Shown: positions 1 through 8,685 of the stretch, piece by piece
Position numbering within the stretch: the first letter of the stretch is position 1
Layout: every line of letters starts with the position of its first letter
Assembly (NCBI GenBank): GCA_023244815.1
Contig: JAHFLQ010000001.1
Coordinates: forward strand, 31,037 to 95,036
DNA from: a bacterium
GTDB lineage: Bacteria > Patescibacteriota > Minisyncoccia > UBA6257 > WO2-44-18
Direction of reading: 5' to 3'
Length of the DNA: 64,000 bases
Translations under genes and position numbers: made by a program
Notes under the pieces: generated by a model
What the model saw: the letters and a program-made list of their open reading frames with translations, nothing else
What the model was told of the DNA's origin: nothing
Database searches by the model: none

Positions 1-45
1 TCCAAAACCAGAAAGTTTTCGGGTTTCTGGAGGCCCAAAAATAAA

Positions 46-651
46 ATGAGAAACGAAGCTCAGAACGAATATATGATCCCGACTGTCATTGAACGCGTTC
101 CCGGCGGGGAGCGGGCTTTTGATATTTATTCCCGCCTGCTGAAGGAGCGGATTATTTTCTTAGGCGGGCCGATTTCCGATGGGCTGGCCAACGTGATTAT
201 TGCCCAGCTTCTGCATTTAGAGCATGAGGATCCAAAAAAGGACATCAAGCTCTATATCAACAGCCCGGGCGGTTCGGTGACCGCCGGTATGGCAATCTAC
301 GACGCGATGCAATATGTGAAGCCGGATGTTTCCACGGTTTGTATTGGCATGGCCGCGTCTATGGCGGCGGTTTTGCTTGCGGCTGGCAAGAAAGGCAAAC
401 GCATCGTTCTGCCGAACGCCGAAATTTTGCTCCACCAGGTGATGGGTGGCGCGGAAGGGCAAGCGATTGAAATCGAAATTACCGCCAAGCAGATCATCAA
501 GATGAAAAATAAATTAAGCCAGATTCTCGCCAAACACACCGGCCAGTCGCTCGCTAAAATTGAGAAGGACACCGATCGTGACTTTTATATGTCCGCCGAA
601 GAGGCAAGGGCCTACGGAGTAGTGGACGAGATAATCAAGGGCAAGAAATAA
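46..651 (+). CDS. clpP: ATP-dependent Clp protease proteolytic subunit ClpP
   Basis: 201 aa. Canonical ClpP sequence (IIFLGG..., [16 protein letters not shown], active-site Ser/His context). Full-length ORF. Confidence 0.95.
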   Translation: MRNEAQNEYMIPTVIERVPGGERAFDIYSRLLKERIIFLGGPISDGLANVIIAQLLHLEHEDPKKDIKLYINSPGGSVTAGMAIYDAMQYVKPDVSTVCIGMAASMAAVLLAAGKKGKRIVLPNAEILLHQVMGGAEGQAIEIEITAKQIIKMKNKLSQILAKHTGQSLAKIEKDTDRDFYMSAEEARAYGVVDEIIKGKK

Positions 652-757
652 CAGCTACTGGACTTTTTGTGTGTATTCTGCTAGTCTATTGTCTAGTCGT
701 TCTTTGATTTTTTGTGTTTCACTTTGACACCTAATGGTGTCAAGAAAGGAGAATGCT

Positions 758-1645
758 TTGGATCCGGAGGGGCTGGTAGCCAAAAGCAGAGCTCGAACCC
801 AGTTTCTGACGAGTCTTTCTTTTACAGAACTGCGGGGGTTGTTGGCTTACCTAAGTGAAAAACCGGAAACTCCGGGACCAATGCCCGATAACTACGTCCG
901 CAGCTTTAGCGCGATAGCCGCTTTCTCGGATTTCAATATGCGCGAAATGTTTCCGATTGGAAAAATTTTCGACTGTTTCGGTATTGTAACAGTCTACTGT
1001 GAGGTGAAGGATAGTTATCGTGAGGGTTTTAGGCAATCCGACATTTCCCAACTGATCGAAAAAATAAAATCCCTGCTTGTTTCTGGTAAGATCAAGGCGG
1101 TCCCAGAATCAAAGCAGGAACCAAAGCCGGTGCTTAATTTGCCGACATTGGATCAAAAAGTAATTCTTAATCCTTCCACACCAGCAGGACCAATAGGGAA
1201 AAAGCCAAAACTGGCACCATTGGTGACGAGCGTAAGTGGTAAGCCGATAGTATTCAAAAGGGGGATAGGAGAAGTTTTGGTTAGTCGGCATGCCTGGGAG
1301 CGGTGGCTGGAGAGGATTTACAACATTCCGCCGGCAGAAACCTGGGGGCGTCCCTATTCCGAGGACGAATTGGTTCGACTGCAGCAAAGTTTTTTCGATA
1401 CGGTGAGGCAAAATCTTCCAGAGAAAGCTGCCTTTCGGCGTTTATTGAACAACAGCTGTCAGCCCGTGATTTACTTTTATAGCAACAAGGATCACGTCCG
1501 TTTTGTTGTTACCAACAGCAAGCCCCACTGTCTGCTAACGATAGAGGTGCCGAAAACCAGCAGACGATTGCAGGGCCAGTCCCATCTTCCTGGCTGGGTA
1601 CGGCGCTACAGAGAAAACTTAAAGAAAATTAAGCAACAGCCCTAA
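758..1645 (+). CDS. hypothetical protein
   Basis: Long ORF 734..1645. An AAGGAG RBS at 746-751 favours the in-frame TTG at 758. No recognisable domain. Followed by a terminator. Confidence 0.5.
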   Translation: MDPEGLVAKSRARTQFLTSLSFTELRGLLAYLSEKPETPGPMPDNYVRSFSAIAAFSDFNMREMFPIGKIFDCFGIVTVYCEVKDSYREGFRQSDISQLIEKIKSLLVSGKIKAVPESKQEPKPVLNLPTLDQKVILNPSTPAGPIGKKPKLAPLVTSVSGKPIVFKRGIGEVLVSRHAWERWLERIYNIPPAETWGRPYSEDELVRLQQSFFDTVRQNLPEKAAFRRLLNNSCQPVIYFYSNKDHVRFVVTNSKPHCLLTIEVPKTSRRLQGQSHLPGWVRRYRENLKKIKQQP

Positions 1646-1659
1646 CGGGCTGTTTTTTT
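1637..1659 (+). terminator. rho-independent terminator
   Basis: Hairpin CAGCCCtaacGGGCTG followed by a T7 run. The loop contains CTAACGGG, which resembles the repeat-family motif. Confidence 0.6.
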
Positions 1660-1685
1660 ACTGATTTTTTAATTACAATTTAGCT

Positions 1686-2819
1686 ATGATCACAAGCGAG
1701 AAATTATTGAGCCATGGCGTGGAAGAGGTGATTGTCAAAGAACACTTGGAGGCCGCTTTGAAGTCCGACAAAAAATTGCGGATTAAATTTGGCGCCGACC
1801 CCACTGCGCCGGATTTGCATTTAGGTACGGCAGTAGTTTTGCGCAAGTTACGCGAGTTTCAGAATCTCGGGCATCAAGTAGTTTTTATAATCGGAGACTA
1901 TACCGCTAAAATCGGAGATCCCTCCGGCCGGTCCAAGGCGCGCCCGCCGCTGACGGACGCGGAAATCAAAGCCAACGCCAAGACCTATTTCCAGCAGGTC
2001 GGGAAAATTTTGGATGTTAAAAAAGCCGAAATTCACCACAACAGCGAGTGGTATAAAAAAGAAAAATTTGATTTCGCCATTGGGCTGATGGCGAAATTCA
2101 CGATCCAACGGATATTGGAGCGCGATGATTTTCAGAAAAGAATTAAAGATGGTGTGGAGGTATACGAACACGAAACTTTGTACCCAATGATGCAGGCCTA
2201 TGACTCGATGATGGTGAAGGCTGATGTGGAAATAGGCGGCAACGATCAAAAGTTTAATATGCTGACCGGACGGGATTTACAACGGCATATGGGTTTGCCG
2301 GAGCAGGATGTGATTACTGTGCCGCTACTGGTGGGCATCGATGGGCACAAGAAAATGTCCAAATCTGCTGGAAATTATATCGGCATTACCGAAGGCGCGA
2401 CCGTGATGTTCGGAAAAATTATGAGCGTTCCCGACACTTTGATTAACCAATATTACGAGCTTTGCACTAACACAGCCCGTTCTATTGAAGACCCGCGCGA
2501 AGCGAAGCTGGAACTCGCTAAAATTATTACCGGGACGTACCACAATGCAAAATTGGCCGAAAAAGCGAAAGAAGAATTTGTCCGGGTTTTTTCTAAACAT
2601 GGAAAGCCGAGTAAGCGACCGGTTGTAAAATCGGCCGGTGGACTGTCGCTCGTTGATGGGATGGTTAAGGCCGGAGCCGCCTCCAGTAAAGGCGAAGCTA
2701 GGAGGCTGGTGGAGCAGGGCGGTGTGGAGATAAATAACAAGAAGGCCACGAATCCGAGCGAAACGATTCCTGCCGGAGCTACCGTAAAGGTCGGCAAGCA
2801 TTATTATTTTGATACATAA
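1686..2819 (+). CDS. tyrS: tyrosyl-tRNA synthetase (class I, with C-terminal S4 domain)
   Basis: HIGH-like HLGT motif, KMSKS motif (KMSKSAGN) and a C-terminal S4-like RNA-binding domain. TrpRS not fully excluded. Confidence 0.75.
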   Translation: MITSEKLLSHGVEEVIVKEHLEAALKSDKKLRIKFGADPTAPDLHLGTAVVLRKLREFQNLGHQVVFIIGDYTAKIGDPSGRSKARPPLTDAEIKANAKTYFQQVGKILDVKKAEIHHNSEWYKKEKFDFAIGLMAKFTIQRILERDDFQKRIKDGVEVYEHETLYPMMQAYDSMMVKADVEIGGNDQKFNMLTGRDLQRHMGLPEQDVITVPLLVGIDGHKKMSKSAGNYIGITEGATVMFGKIMSVPDTLINQYYELCTNTARSIEDPREAKLELAKIITGTYHNAKLAEKAKEEFVRVFSKHGKPSKRPVVKSAGGLSLVDGMVKAGAASSKGEARRLVEQGGVEINNKKATNPSETIPAGATVKVGKHYYFDT

Positions 2820-2827
2820 TAAATTCA

Positions 2828-3121
2828 ATGAGCATAGAGAATCCAAAATTTGATCAAGGCCCGGAAGAAAATCCATCAGAAATGGTGGAAGAGGCGTTGC
2901 GTAAACTCAAAGAAGCTAAAAACTTGGCCTCTCCGGAGTTACGGAAAGAAATAGAGAAGATAGAGATTTTAGAAGGCGTTGGAGTGGAAAGCGTTCAGGA
3001 AGTTGAAGATATTTTAGGTGGCATTGAGGCTAGTCTTGAAGCGGACCCGGAAAACAAAGAGTTACTTGACCAGAAGACCTATTTTGCGGAAGTATTAAAG
3101 CAAATAAACGAATTAAAATGA
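2828..3121 (+). CDS. hypothetical small acidic coiled-coil protein
   Basis: 97 aa ORF 9 nt after the tyrS stop, Glu/Lys rich. Its N-terminus (ENPKFD) resembles that of the next ORF. Confidence 0.35.
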   Translation: MSIENPKFDQGPEENPSEMVEEALRKLKEAKNLASPELRKEIEKIEILEGVGVESVQEVEDILGGIEASLEADPENKELLDQKTYFAEVLKQINELK

Positions 3122-3336
3122 ATTTCGAAAATCCTGAATTAGAAAAGATAGAAGAACTTTGGAATAATCTATCCGAGGAAAAGAAAGAAAATTTAGAGAC
3201 GGGTCTTGGCATAGAAGAGGCAGAAACCCTTCATTTTTTGCTAAGCGGTGTGGAGATGACCAGCGATTCGCCCGACGCGGTTATTCTCTCTGACGAAGAG
3301 ATTGCAGAGAAGGTGCACGCTTTACTGGAAATGTAG
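3118..3336 (+). CDS. hypothetical small acidic protein, paralog of preceding ORF
   Basis: 72 aa, overlaps the previous stop by 4 nt. N-terminal MNFENPELE resembles MSIENPKFD of the previous ORF. Confidence 0.3.
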   Translation: MNFENPELEKIEELWNNLSEEKKENLETGLGIEEAETLHFLLSGVEMTSDSPDAVILSDEEIAEKVHALLEM

Positions 3337-3366
3337 CCGGTACCCCCTACTAGACCTTCTCACATT

Positions 3367-3396
3367 AAAAAAACAGCCCCGATGAGCATCGGGGCC
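3367..3396 (-). terminator. rho-independent terminator (minus strand)
   Basis: On the minus strand GGCCCCGATGctcATCGGGGC is followed by TGTTTTTTT, immediately after the stop at 3397. Confidence 0.65.
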
Positions 3397-3594
3397 TTAT
3401 ATTATCCTTTTTTGCTGTTCCAATATTTCATCGAGCTTTTTATTCACTGCAATAAGCGCTTCATCACTCATTTCGGAGGCATGTCCCAATATTTCTTTGA
3501 GCGCTTCCAGCTTCGCTTCAAAATCGTCGTGCAACTCTTGAGTCACCGGTTTGGATCCCTTTGATTCTATAGGAGGCTTCTCCAATTTAGGCAT
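3397..3594 (-). CDS. hypothetical 65-aa coiled-coil protein (within tmRNA-like transcript)
   Basis: The internal Met of ORF 3397..3738; its upstream part overlaps structured GC-rich RNA. The sequence MPKLEKPP...EQQKRII looks protein-like. No clear SD. Confidence 0.35.
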   Translation of the reverse strand: MPKLEKPPIESKGSKPVTQELHDDFEAKLEALKEILGHASEMSDEALIAVNKKLDEILEQQKRII

Positions 3595-3599
3595 GTCGT

Positions 3600-3760
3600 T
3601 ATTTAAGCAAAATTTTTGGTTTTTGGCAAGTGGATCGGGGTACGAGAACACGGGTTTCGCTCCGCTCAACCTCGAACCTCCCGCGGCACCCCGGCCCCCG
3701 TCTCGGACACCTTCTGGTTTCCGAGCGCCTTCCAACACGGGGTGCCGCTACGTTCGATTC
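3600..3760 (-). ncRNA. tmRNA-like 5' tRNA-like domain (possible ssrA, possibly permuted/two-piece)
   Basis: The minus strand reads GGGGUGCCGCGGGAGGUUCGAGGUUGAGCGGAGCGAAACCC. This matches the spacing of the E. coli tmRNA 5' end (GGGG, GGAUUCGACGGG, GCGAAACCC). Upstream lies the complementary acceptor-like strand GCGGCACCCC, forming an 11-bp perfect inverted repeat (3683-3693 / 3738-3748). No canonical tag ORF or 3' T-arm/CCA was found. Confidence 0.3.
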
Positions 3761-3813
3761 CCAAACCATCATTCGAATTTATAAAACCCCAGCAAGCGGG
3801 GTTTTATAAATTG

Positions 3814-3884
3814 AGCGGGGTACGAGAATCGAACTCGCATCTCTACCTTGGCAAGGTAGCGTATTGCCACTATACTAACCCCGC
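3814..3884 (-). tRNA. tRNA-Gly (anticodon GCC)
   Basis: Manual fold: acceptor GCGGGGT/ACCCCGC, D-arm GTAT..ATAC, anticodon stem CTACC/GGTAG with loop TTGCCAA, T-arm CGAGT TCGATTC TCGTA, discriminator U. Followed by a hairpin at 3786-3808. Confidence 0.9.
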
Positions 3885-3906
3885 ATTGCCAGCTTTATTC
3901 TACAAT

Positions 3907-4089
3907 TTACTTAACTGGCGGCAAGTCAGATGGGCCGGTGGTGGACGGAGCGTTGGTCGGACTGTTAACGCTAGCCTCGGTATTGGCTTGGTTAACCGTC
4001 TGCCGAGTCGTCGAACCCAAAAAACTATAGCTCGCTACTAAGCCCAAGATCACTATTGAGATAAAAACTATTTTTAACAGATTTTTCAT
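3907..4089 (-). CDS. hypothetical small secreted/membrane protein
   Basis: Internal Met of ORF 3907..4206 gives MKNLLKIVFISIVILGLVASYSF..., a signal/TM-like N-terminus. No SD. Confidence 0.3.
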   Translation of the reverse strand: MKNLLKIVFISIVILGLVASYSFLGSTTRQTVNQANTEASVNSPTNAPSTTGPSDLPPVK

Positions 4090-4180
4090 CGCTTGCTGAT
4101 TATGATAAGATAAATTATAATAAAACGCAACTAAAGGGCTTGGCCCAAGAGCGCGAAGCACGATTGGTTGCCAAACCTTT

Positions 4181-4287
4181 ACCCCGTTAGATAGCGGCCA
4201 ATCCATGAATAATCTACCACTTAAGAAACCAGAAAATAATCGTCGTATGGGTAAAAGCTATGTAGCCTTTTCCGCATCTAACGGGGT
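4181..4287. repeat. palindromic repeat element copy A (termini ACCCCGTTAGATAGCGGCCAATC ... CCGCATCTAACGGGGTG)
   Basis: Terminal inverted repeat CCCCGTTAGAT(A)GCGG. The 20-mer CCCGTTAGATAGCGGCCAATC is identical to copy B at 28099-28203. Lies 64 bp upstream of the ftsH start. Confidence 0.6.
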
Positions 4288-4350
4288 GCTCAATTTTGTA
4301 GCTAAATTTTCTTCGCTACAGTTGAGCTCGAAAATTTAGACAAAATTCGC

Positions 4351-6189
4351 ATGAAGAAATCGTTTTTTACAAACATTTTCTGGGCAGTAGTTGGCTTAAT
4401 GACGATTGCGCTTCTTTTTTCCGTTTTGTCCCAGTCGGGCGAGCCATCAGCGCATCTTACCGTCGATGGATTAGTTGCTAAAATTAATGCTGGGCAAGTA
4501 GAGAAAGTTACCGTTAACGGCAACAATCTTTCCATTGTACTGAAGGGGGGAGAGAAGGCGACCGCCAGAAAGGAAACCGAATCCGGCCTCACGGAAACTC
4601 TCAAAAATTATGGCGTAGATCCAAAAGCTCTGCAGGCGGTTTCTTTGGATTTTGAAGACGAGTCTGGGTTGAAATTCTGGCTGGGTATTCTTGTGCCGAC
4701 CATTCTGCCGCTCCTGATTATCGGCGTAATGTTTTGGCTGATTTTTCGGCGGTCGCAATCCGGGGCCTCGCAGGCGTTTACTTTCGGAAAGGCCAACCTG
4801 CGGCTTTTCGGGGCTTTTAAAGACAGGGCGAATTTTAAAGACGTCGCTGGGTTAAAGGAAGCCAAGCAGGAGCTGGAGGAGGTAGTGGATTTTCTTAAAA
4901 ACCCCAAAAAATACCTGGAAATCGGCGCCCGCATTCCCCGCGGTGTTTTGTTAATGGGCCAACCCGGTACTGGAAAAACCTTACTTGCCCGCGCCGTGGC
5001 CGGAGAAGCGAATGTTCCATTTTTCCACATTTCCGCGTCTGAATTCGTGGAAATGTTTGTGGGCGTCGGCGCCTCACGCACCCGAGACGCCTTTATGACC
5101 GCGAAAAAAGCCGCGCCGGCCATTTTATTCATTGATGAAATAGACGCTGTCGGAAGGGAGCGTGGGGCGGGTATCGGCGGCGGACACGATGAACGGGAAC
5201 AAACCCTCAACCAGATTCTAGTGGAAATGGACGGTTTCGAGCGGGATACTCGAGTGATTGTGATTGCCGCTACCAACCGGCCGGATATTTTGGACCGAGC
5301 GCTCCTGCGGCCGGGCCGGTTTGACCGACGGGTCGTTTTGGATCTGCCGGATATTAACGATAGGGAGGCGATTTTGAAAGTCCATGCTCGTGGCAAAGCG
5401 CTGGATAAGAACGTAGATTTGCGCCGCGTGGCGGTGCGGACGCCGGGATTTTCCGGTGCCGATCTGGCTAATCTAATGAACGAAGCGGCAATTCTTGCGG
5501 CTCGCAATAATCGTAAATTAGCCAGCCAGCAAGACCTGCTCGAATCCATCGAAAAGGTGATTCTTGGCCCGGAGCGCAAGGGACGGGCGATTTCGGAAAA
5601 AGAAAAGAAAATTACTGCCTACCACGAAGCTGGCCATGCATTGGTGGCGGTTAGCCTGAAAGACGCCGATCCGGTTCAGAAGGTGTCAATTATCAGCCGC
5701 GGTTCCGCCGGTGGTTATACGCTTAAATTACCCTTTGAAGAGAGTCGTTTACACACCAAATCCCAGTTTGTCGCCGATCTGGCCATGATGTTTGGCGGTT
5801 ATGCTTCGGAAAAAATGGTTTTCGGCGATATTACTACCGGCGCCTCCAACGATCTTAAGCAGGCGTCGGAGTTGGCGCGTCTGTTAGTGACTAAATATGG
5901 CATGAGCGAAAGGCTGGGGCCGCTGACTTTTGGCAAAACCGAGGAGTTGATATTTTTAGGCAAAGAAATTGGTTCCGAGCGGAATTATTCGGAAAAAGTA
6001 GCCGCAAAAATAGATGAAGAAGTTACGGGGATTGTTGAACGCGCTCATCAATTAGCCAAGAAGATTATTAATACTCGCAAGAAGGTCTTGGATGCGATTG
6101 CCCGCGCTTTGATAGAAAAAGAAACGTTGGAGCATGAAGATTTTTACGCGCTCCTGAAGCCTTTTAATTTAAAACCGCTCTCTATTTAG
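4351..6189 (+). CDS. ftsH: ATP-dependent zinc metalloprotease FtsH
   Basis: N-terminal TM, AAA+ Walker A GQPGTGKT, Walker B, second region of homology (SRH), and the zinc motif HEAGHALV. Confidence 0.95.
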   Translation: MKKSFFTNIFWAVVGLMTIALLFSVLSQSGEPSAHLTVDGLVAKINAGQVEKVTVNGNNLSIVLKGGEKATARKETESGLTETLKNYGVDPKALQAVSLDFEDESGLKFWLGILVPTILPLLIIGVMFWLIFRRSQSGASQAFTFGKANLRLFGAFKDRANFKDVAGLKEAKQELEEVVDFLKNPKKYLEIGARIPRGVLLMGQPGTGKTLLARAVAGEANVPFFHISASEFVEMFVGVGASRTRDAFMTAKKAAPAILFIDEIDAVGRERGAGIGGGHDEREQTLNQILVEMDGFERDTRVIVIAATNRPDILDRALLRPGRFDRRVVLDLPDINDREAILKVHARGKALDKNVDLRRVAVRTPGFSGADLANLMNEAAILAARNNRKLASQQDLLESIEKVILGPERKGRAISEKEKKITAYHEAGHALVAVSLKDADPVQKVSIISRGSAGGYTLKLPFEESRLHTKSQFVADLAMMFGGYASEKMVFGDITTGASNDLKQASELARLLVTKYGMSERLGPLTFGKTEELIFLGKEIGSERNYSEKVAAKIDEEVTGIVERAHQLAKKIINTRKKVLDAIARALIEKETLEHEDFYALLKPFNLKPLSI

Positions 6190-6261
6190 TCGGCCCGGCA
6201 GGGATCGAACCTGCGACCCGCCGCTTATAAGACGGCTGCTCTGCCACTGAGCTACGGGCCG
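6190..6261 (-). tRNA. tRNA-Ile (anticodon UAU, unusual)
   Basis: Manual fold of the reverse complement: CGGCCCG ta GCTC agtggca GAGC a GCCGT CTTATAA GCGGC gggtc GCAGG TTCGATC CCTGC CGGGCCG A. Anticodon loop is CU-UAU-AA. Confidence 0.7.
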
Positions 6262-6379
6262 ATATTTAAGGCCAATTTAGCACAAATCTTGAAAGCCGAA
6301 AAGCGCCCAACATTTTCTATGGGCATAATTCGGGGAGTTCCATTTTTTGCCGTATGGTATAATATACACAGCTTTAAAG

Positions 6380-8539
6380 ATGATTAAGCTGGAAACCGAA
6401 CTTCGGAATATAAAAGGAATCAACGAAAAGTTTTTGACTAAGCTGGACAAGCTGGAGATCAAAACTGTTCGGGATTTACTTTGGCACTTCCCTTTCCGTT
6501 ACGATGACTTTTCCAGCGTAGTGAAAATCGCTGATTTAAAAATAAATCAAGCGGCTACCATTAGGGGAGTAGTGAAAAAAATTTCTTTGCGGCGCTCTTG
6601 GCGCCGCAAGTTTGTTATTATTGAAGTCTTGGTGACCGACGAAACCGGCGGCATCAAGGCGATTTGGTTTAATCAGCCCTATATCGCTAAAGTTCTGCGC
6701 GCCGGAATCCGGGTGAATTTTGCTGGTAAGGTGATTCTTTCCAATGAAGAATTAGTAATGCAAAGTCCGGCCTATGAGCCGGTTACGGCTACTACCCAGA
6801 CCAGGCATACCGCCGGTCTAATCCCGATTTATTCTGAGACCAAGGGACTGACTTCTAAGGGCTTCCGGTTTTTAATCTCAGCGATTCTCCGGGCGATGGA
6901 GTCGGTTAAAGATTTTATTCCCGAAGAAGTTTTGTCTAGTAACGAGATGCCCAATATTATGACCGCGCTCCGCAATATTCATTTTCCGCTGAATATGGGG
7001 CAGGCAGAAAGAGCGAGAGAAAGGTTCGCTTTTGCCGATCTATTTCTGCTTCAGCTGACTAACTTAAAAAATCGCATCGCGCTTTCGCGCGAGAAAGCGC
7101 CGCCATTGGTAATCGATGCAGTCTGGACGAACGAAGTTATTTCCAAATTGCCCTTTGTCCTAACCGAAGCCCAGCGGCGGAGTCTGGACGAGGTCTTGGC
7201 CGATCTTAGAAAATCCCAACCGATGAACCGTCTTTTACAGGGCGATGTCGGCTCTGGGAAGACAGTCGTGGCGGCGATTGCCGGTTTTGCCGCGGCCGAG
7301 AATGGAAAGCAGACGGCCTTTATGGCGCCCACTGAAGTGCTGGCGCGCCAGCACTACAAAACGTTTGCCAAAATTTTCAAAAATATGGCAATTGGCACCG
7401 GAATTTTGATGGGCGGTGAGACCCGCGCTTATTACGGCGATGATTTGGAGGCAAAGGTCAGCCGCAGCAAGCTTTTAGCAGAAGTGGAAAGCGGAAAGAT
7501 AAAAATTCTAATCGGCACTCACGCGCTGATTTCCGGCGGCAAAACTCGGAAGCCCGCCCAGTTCAAAGATTTAGCATTGGCCATTGTTGATGAACAGCAC
7601 CGGTTCGGCGTGGATCAGCGCGCCGCGCTGGTGAAGCAGGAAAAGACCCCCGGCGAAGAGACCACCGTCCATTTCTTATCCATGAGCGCGACGCCGATTC
7701 CGCGCACACTCGCGCTGACTGTTTTTGGCGATCTCGATTTGTCGATTATTGACGAATTGCCGGTTGGCCGGAAGCAAATCATTACCAAAATCGTGTCGCC
7801 GGCTAATCGCCAAAAAGCTTATGATTTTATCCGACAGCAGGTCAAAGCCGGACGGCAGGTGTTTGTAATCTGTCCGCGCATCGCGGCCGCGGAAGCTGAA
7901 GGGGAGGCGGTGGAAGACGAGCCACGCGATAAACGAAAAGATCTTTGGGCGGAAGTAAAGAACGTCACCGAAGAATATGAACGGCTGTCCAAATCGGTAT
8001 TTCCGGATCTGCGGATAGCGATGCTGCACGGGAAATTAAAAAGCACCGAGAAAGCTAAGCTAATGTCCGATTTTTCCGCCGGCCATACGGATATTCTGGT
8101 TTCTACCTCAGTGATAGAGGTTGGAGTGGACGTTCCGAATGCGACCATCATGATGATTGAAGGCGCGGATCGTTTTGGCCTCGCCCAGCTGTATCAGTTT
8201 CGCGGACGGGTCGGTCGGAGCGATCATCAGTCATATTGTCTGCTCTTCACCGATTCCACCGCGGAAACCACGCAGAGCCGTCTAAACGCTCTTCTCAAAG
8301 CCAAAAACGGATTTGAATTGGCGGAACAGGACCTGGCGCTTCGCGGCCCCGGAGAATTTATCGGTGATAAACAGACGGGCATTCCGGATCTCGCGATGAA
8401 GTCGCTCAATAACATGGAATTGGTCAAAGCCGCTCGCGATGCCGCCGCCAGCATTGTTAAAAAGGATGCCGAACTTTCCGGTTATCCTGCTCTTCGCGCC
8501 CAGCTGGCTAGTTTCCAACAACAAATTCACTTAGAGTAA
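6380..8539 (+). CDS. recG: ATP-dependent DNA helicase RecG
   Basis: N-terminal wedge region (WHFPFRYDD), Walker A GDVGSGKT, DEQH box (VDEQHRFGV), helicase C domain. Start taken at MIKLE; an upstream in-frame ATG at 6347 is possible. Confidence 0.9.
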   Translation: MIKLETELRNIKGINEKFLTKLDKLEIKTVRDLLWHFPFRYDDFSSVVKIADLKINQAATIRGVVKKISLRRSWRRKFVIIEVLVTDETGGIKAIWFNQPYIAKVLRAGIRVNFAGKVILSNEELVMQSPAYEPVTATTQTRHTAGLIPIYSETKGLTSKGFRFLISAILRAMESVKDFIPEEVLSSNEMPNIMTALRNIHFPLNMGQAERARERFAFADLFLLQLTNLKNRIALSREKAPPLVIDAVWTNEVISKLPFVLTEAQRRSLDEVLADLRKSQPMNRLLQGDVGSGKTVVAAIAGFAAAENGKQTAFMAPTEVLARQHYKTFAKIFKNMAIGTGILMGGETRAYYGDDLEAKVSRSKLLAEVESGKIKILIGTHALISGGKTRKPAQFKDLALAIVDEQHRFGVDQRAALVKQEKTPGEETTVHFLSMSATPIPRTLALTVFGDLDLSIIDELPVGRKQIITKIVSPANRQKAYDFIRQQVKAGRQVFVICPRIAAAEAEGEAVEDEPRDKRKDLWAEVKNVTEEYERLSKSVFPDLRIAMLHGKLKSTEKAKLMSDFSAGHTDILVSTSVIEVGVDVPNATIMMIEGADRFGLAQLYQFRGRVGRSDHQSYCLLFTDSTAETTQSRLNALLKAKNGFELAEQDLALRGPGEFIGDKQTGIPDLAMKSLNNMELVKAARDAAASIVKKDAELSGYPALRAQLASFQQQIHLE

Positions 8540-8607
8540 GTTGATATTTTGCCAAATTTCGACTTTTCTATTACAGTATCTATACTTAACTTAGCAATAG
8601 ATCGGAG

Positions 8608-8679
8608 CGCTCTCATCGTCTAATGGCTAGGACGTATCCCTTTCACGGATAAAATTCGGGTTCGATTCCCGATGAGAGC
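8608..8679 (+). tRNA. tRNA-Glu (anticodon UUC)
   Basis: Acceptor GCTCTCA/TGAGAGC, anticodon stem TATCC/GGATA with loop CTTTCAC, T-arm TCGGG TTCGATT CCCGA. Confidence 0.85.
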
Positions 8680-8685
8680 ACAACT

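Noticed and set aside
3616-4041. Plus-strand ORFs 3551..3784 and 3616..4041
   Set aside because: They span tRNA-Gly, the tmRNA-like structured region and terminators on the opposite strand; low-complexity Pro/Arg/Gly translation.
4181-4287. Integron attC sites as an explanation for the CCCGTTAGAT elements
   Set aside because: The architecture (imperfect palindrome, conserved ends, variable centre, about 60-140 bp) is attC-like. However the 7-mer order on a strand is GTTAGAT...ATCTAAC, the reverse of RYYYAAC...GTTRRRY. No intI, attI or cassette array is present. The copies are dispersed upstream of housekeeping genes.
4608-5579. 323-aa minus-strand ORF antisense to ftsH, plus other long antisense ORFs inside gyrA (58557..59501), gpmI, leuS and rel
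   Set aside because: They lie entirely within well-supported genes on the opposite strand. Their composition is Arg/Ser/Pro-rich, typical of antisense frames in GC-rich coding DNA, with no RBS or domain signal.
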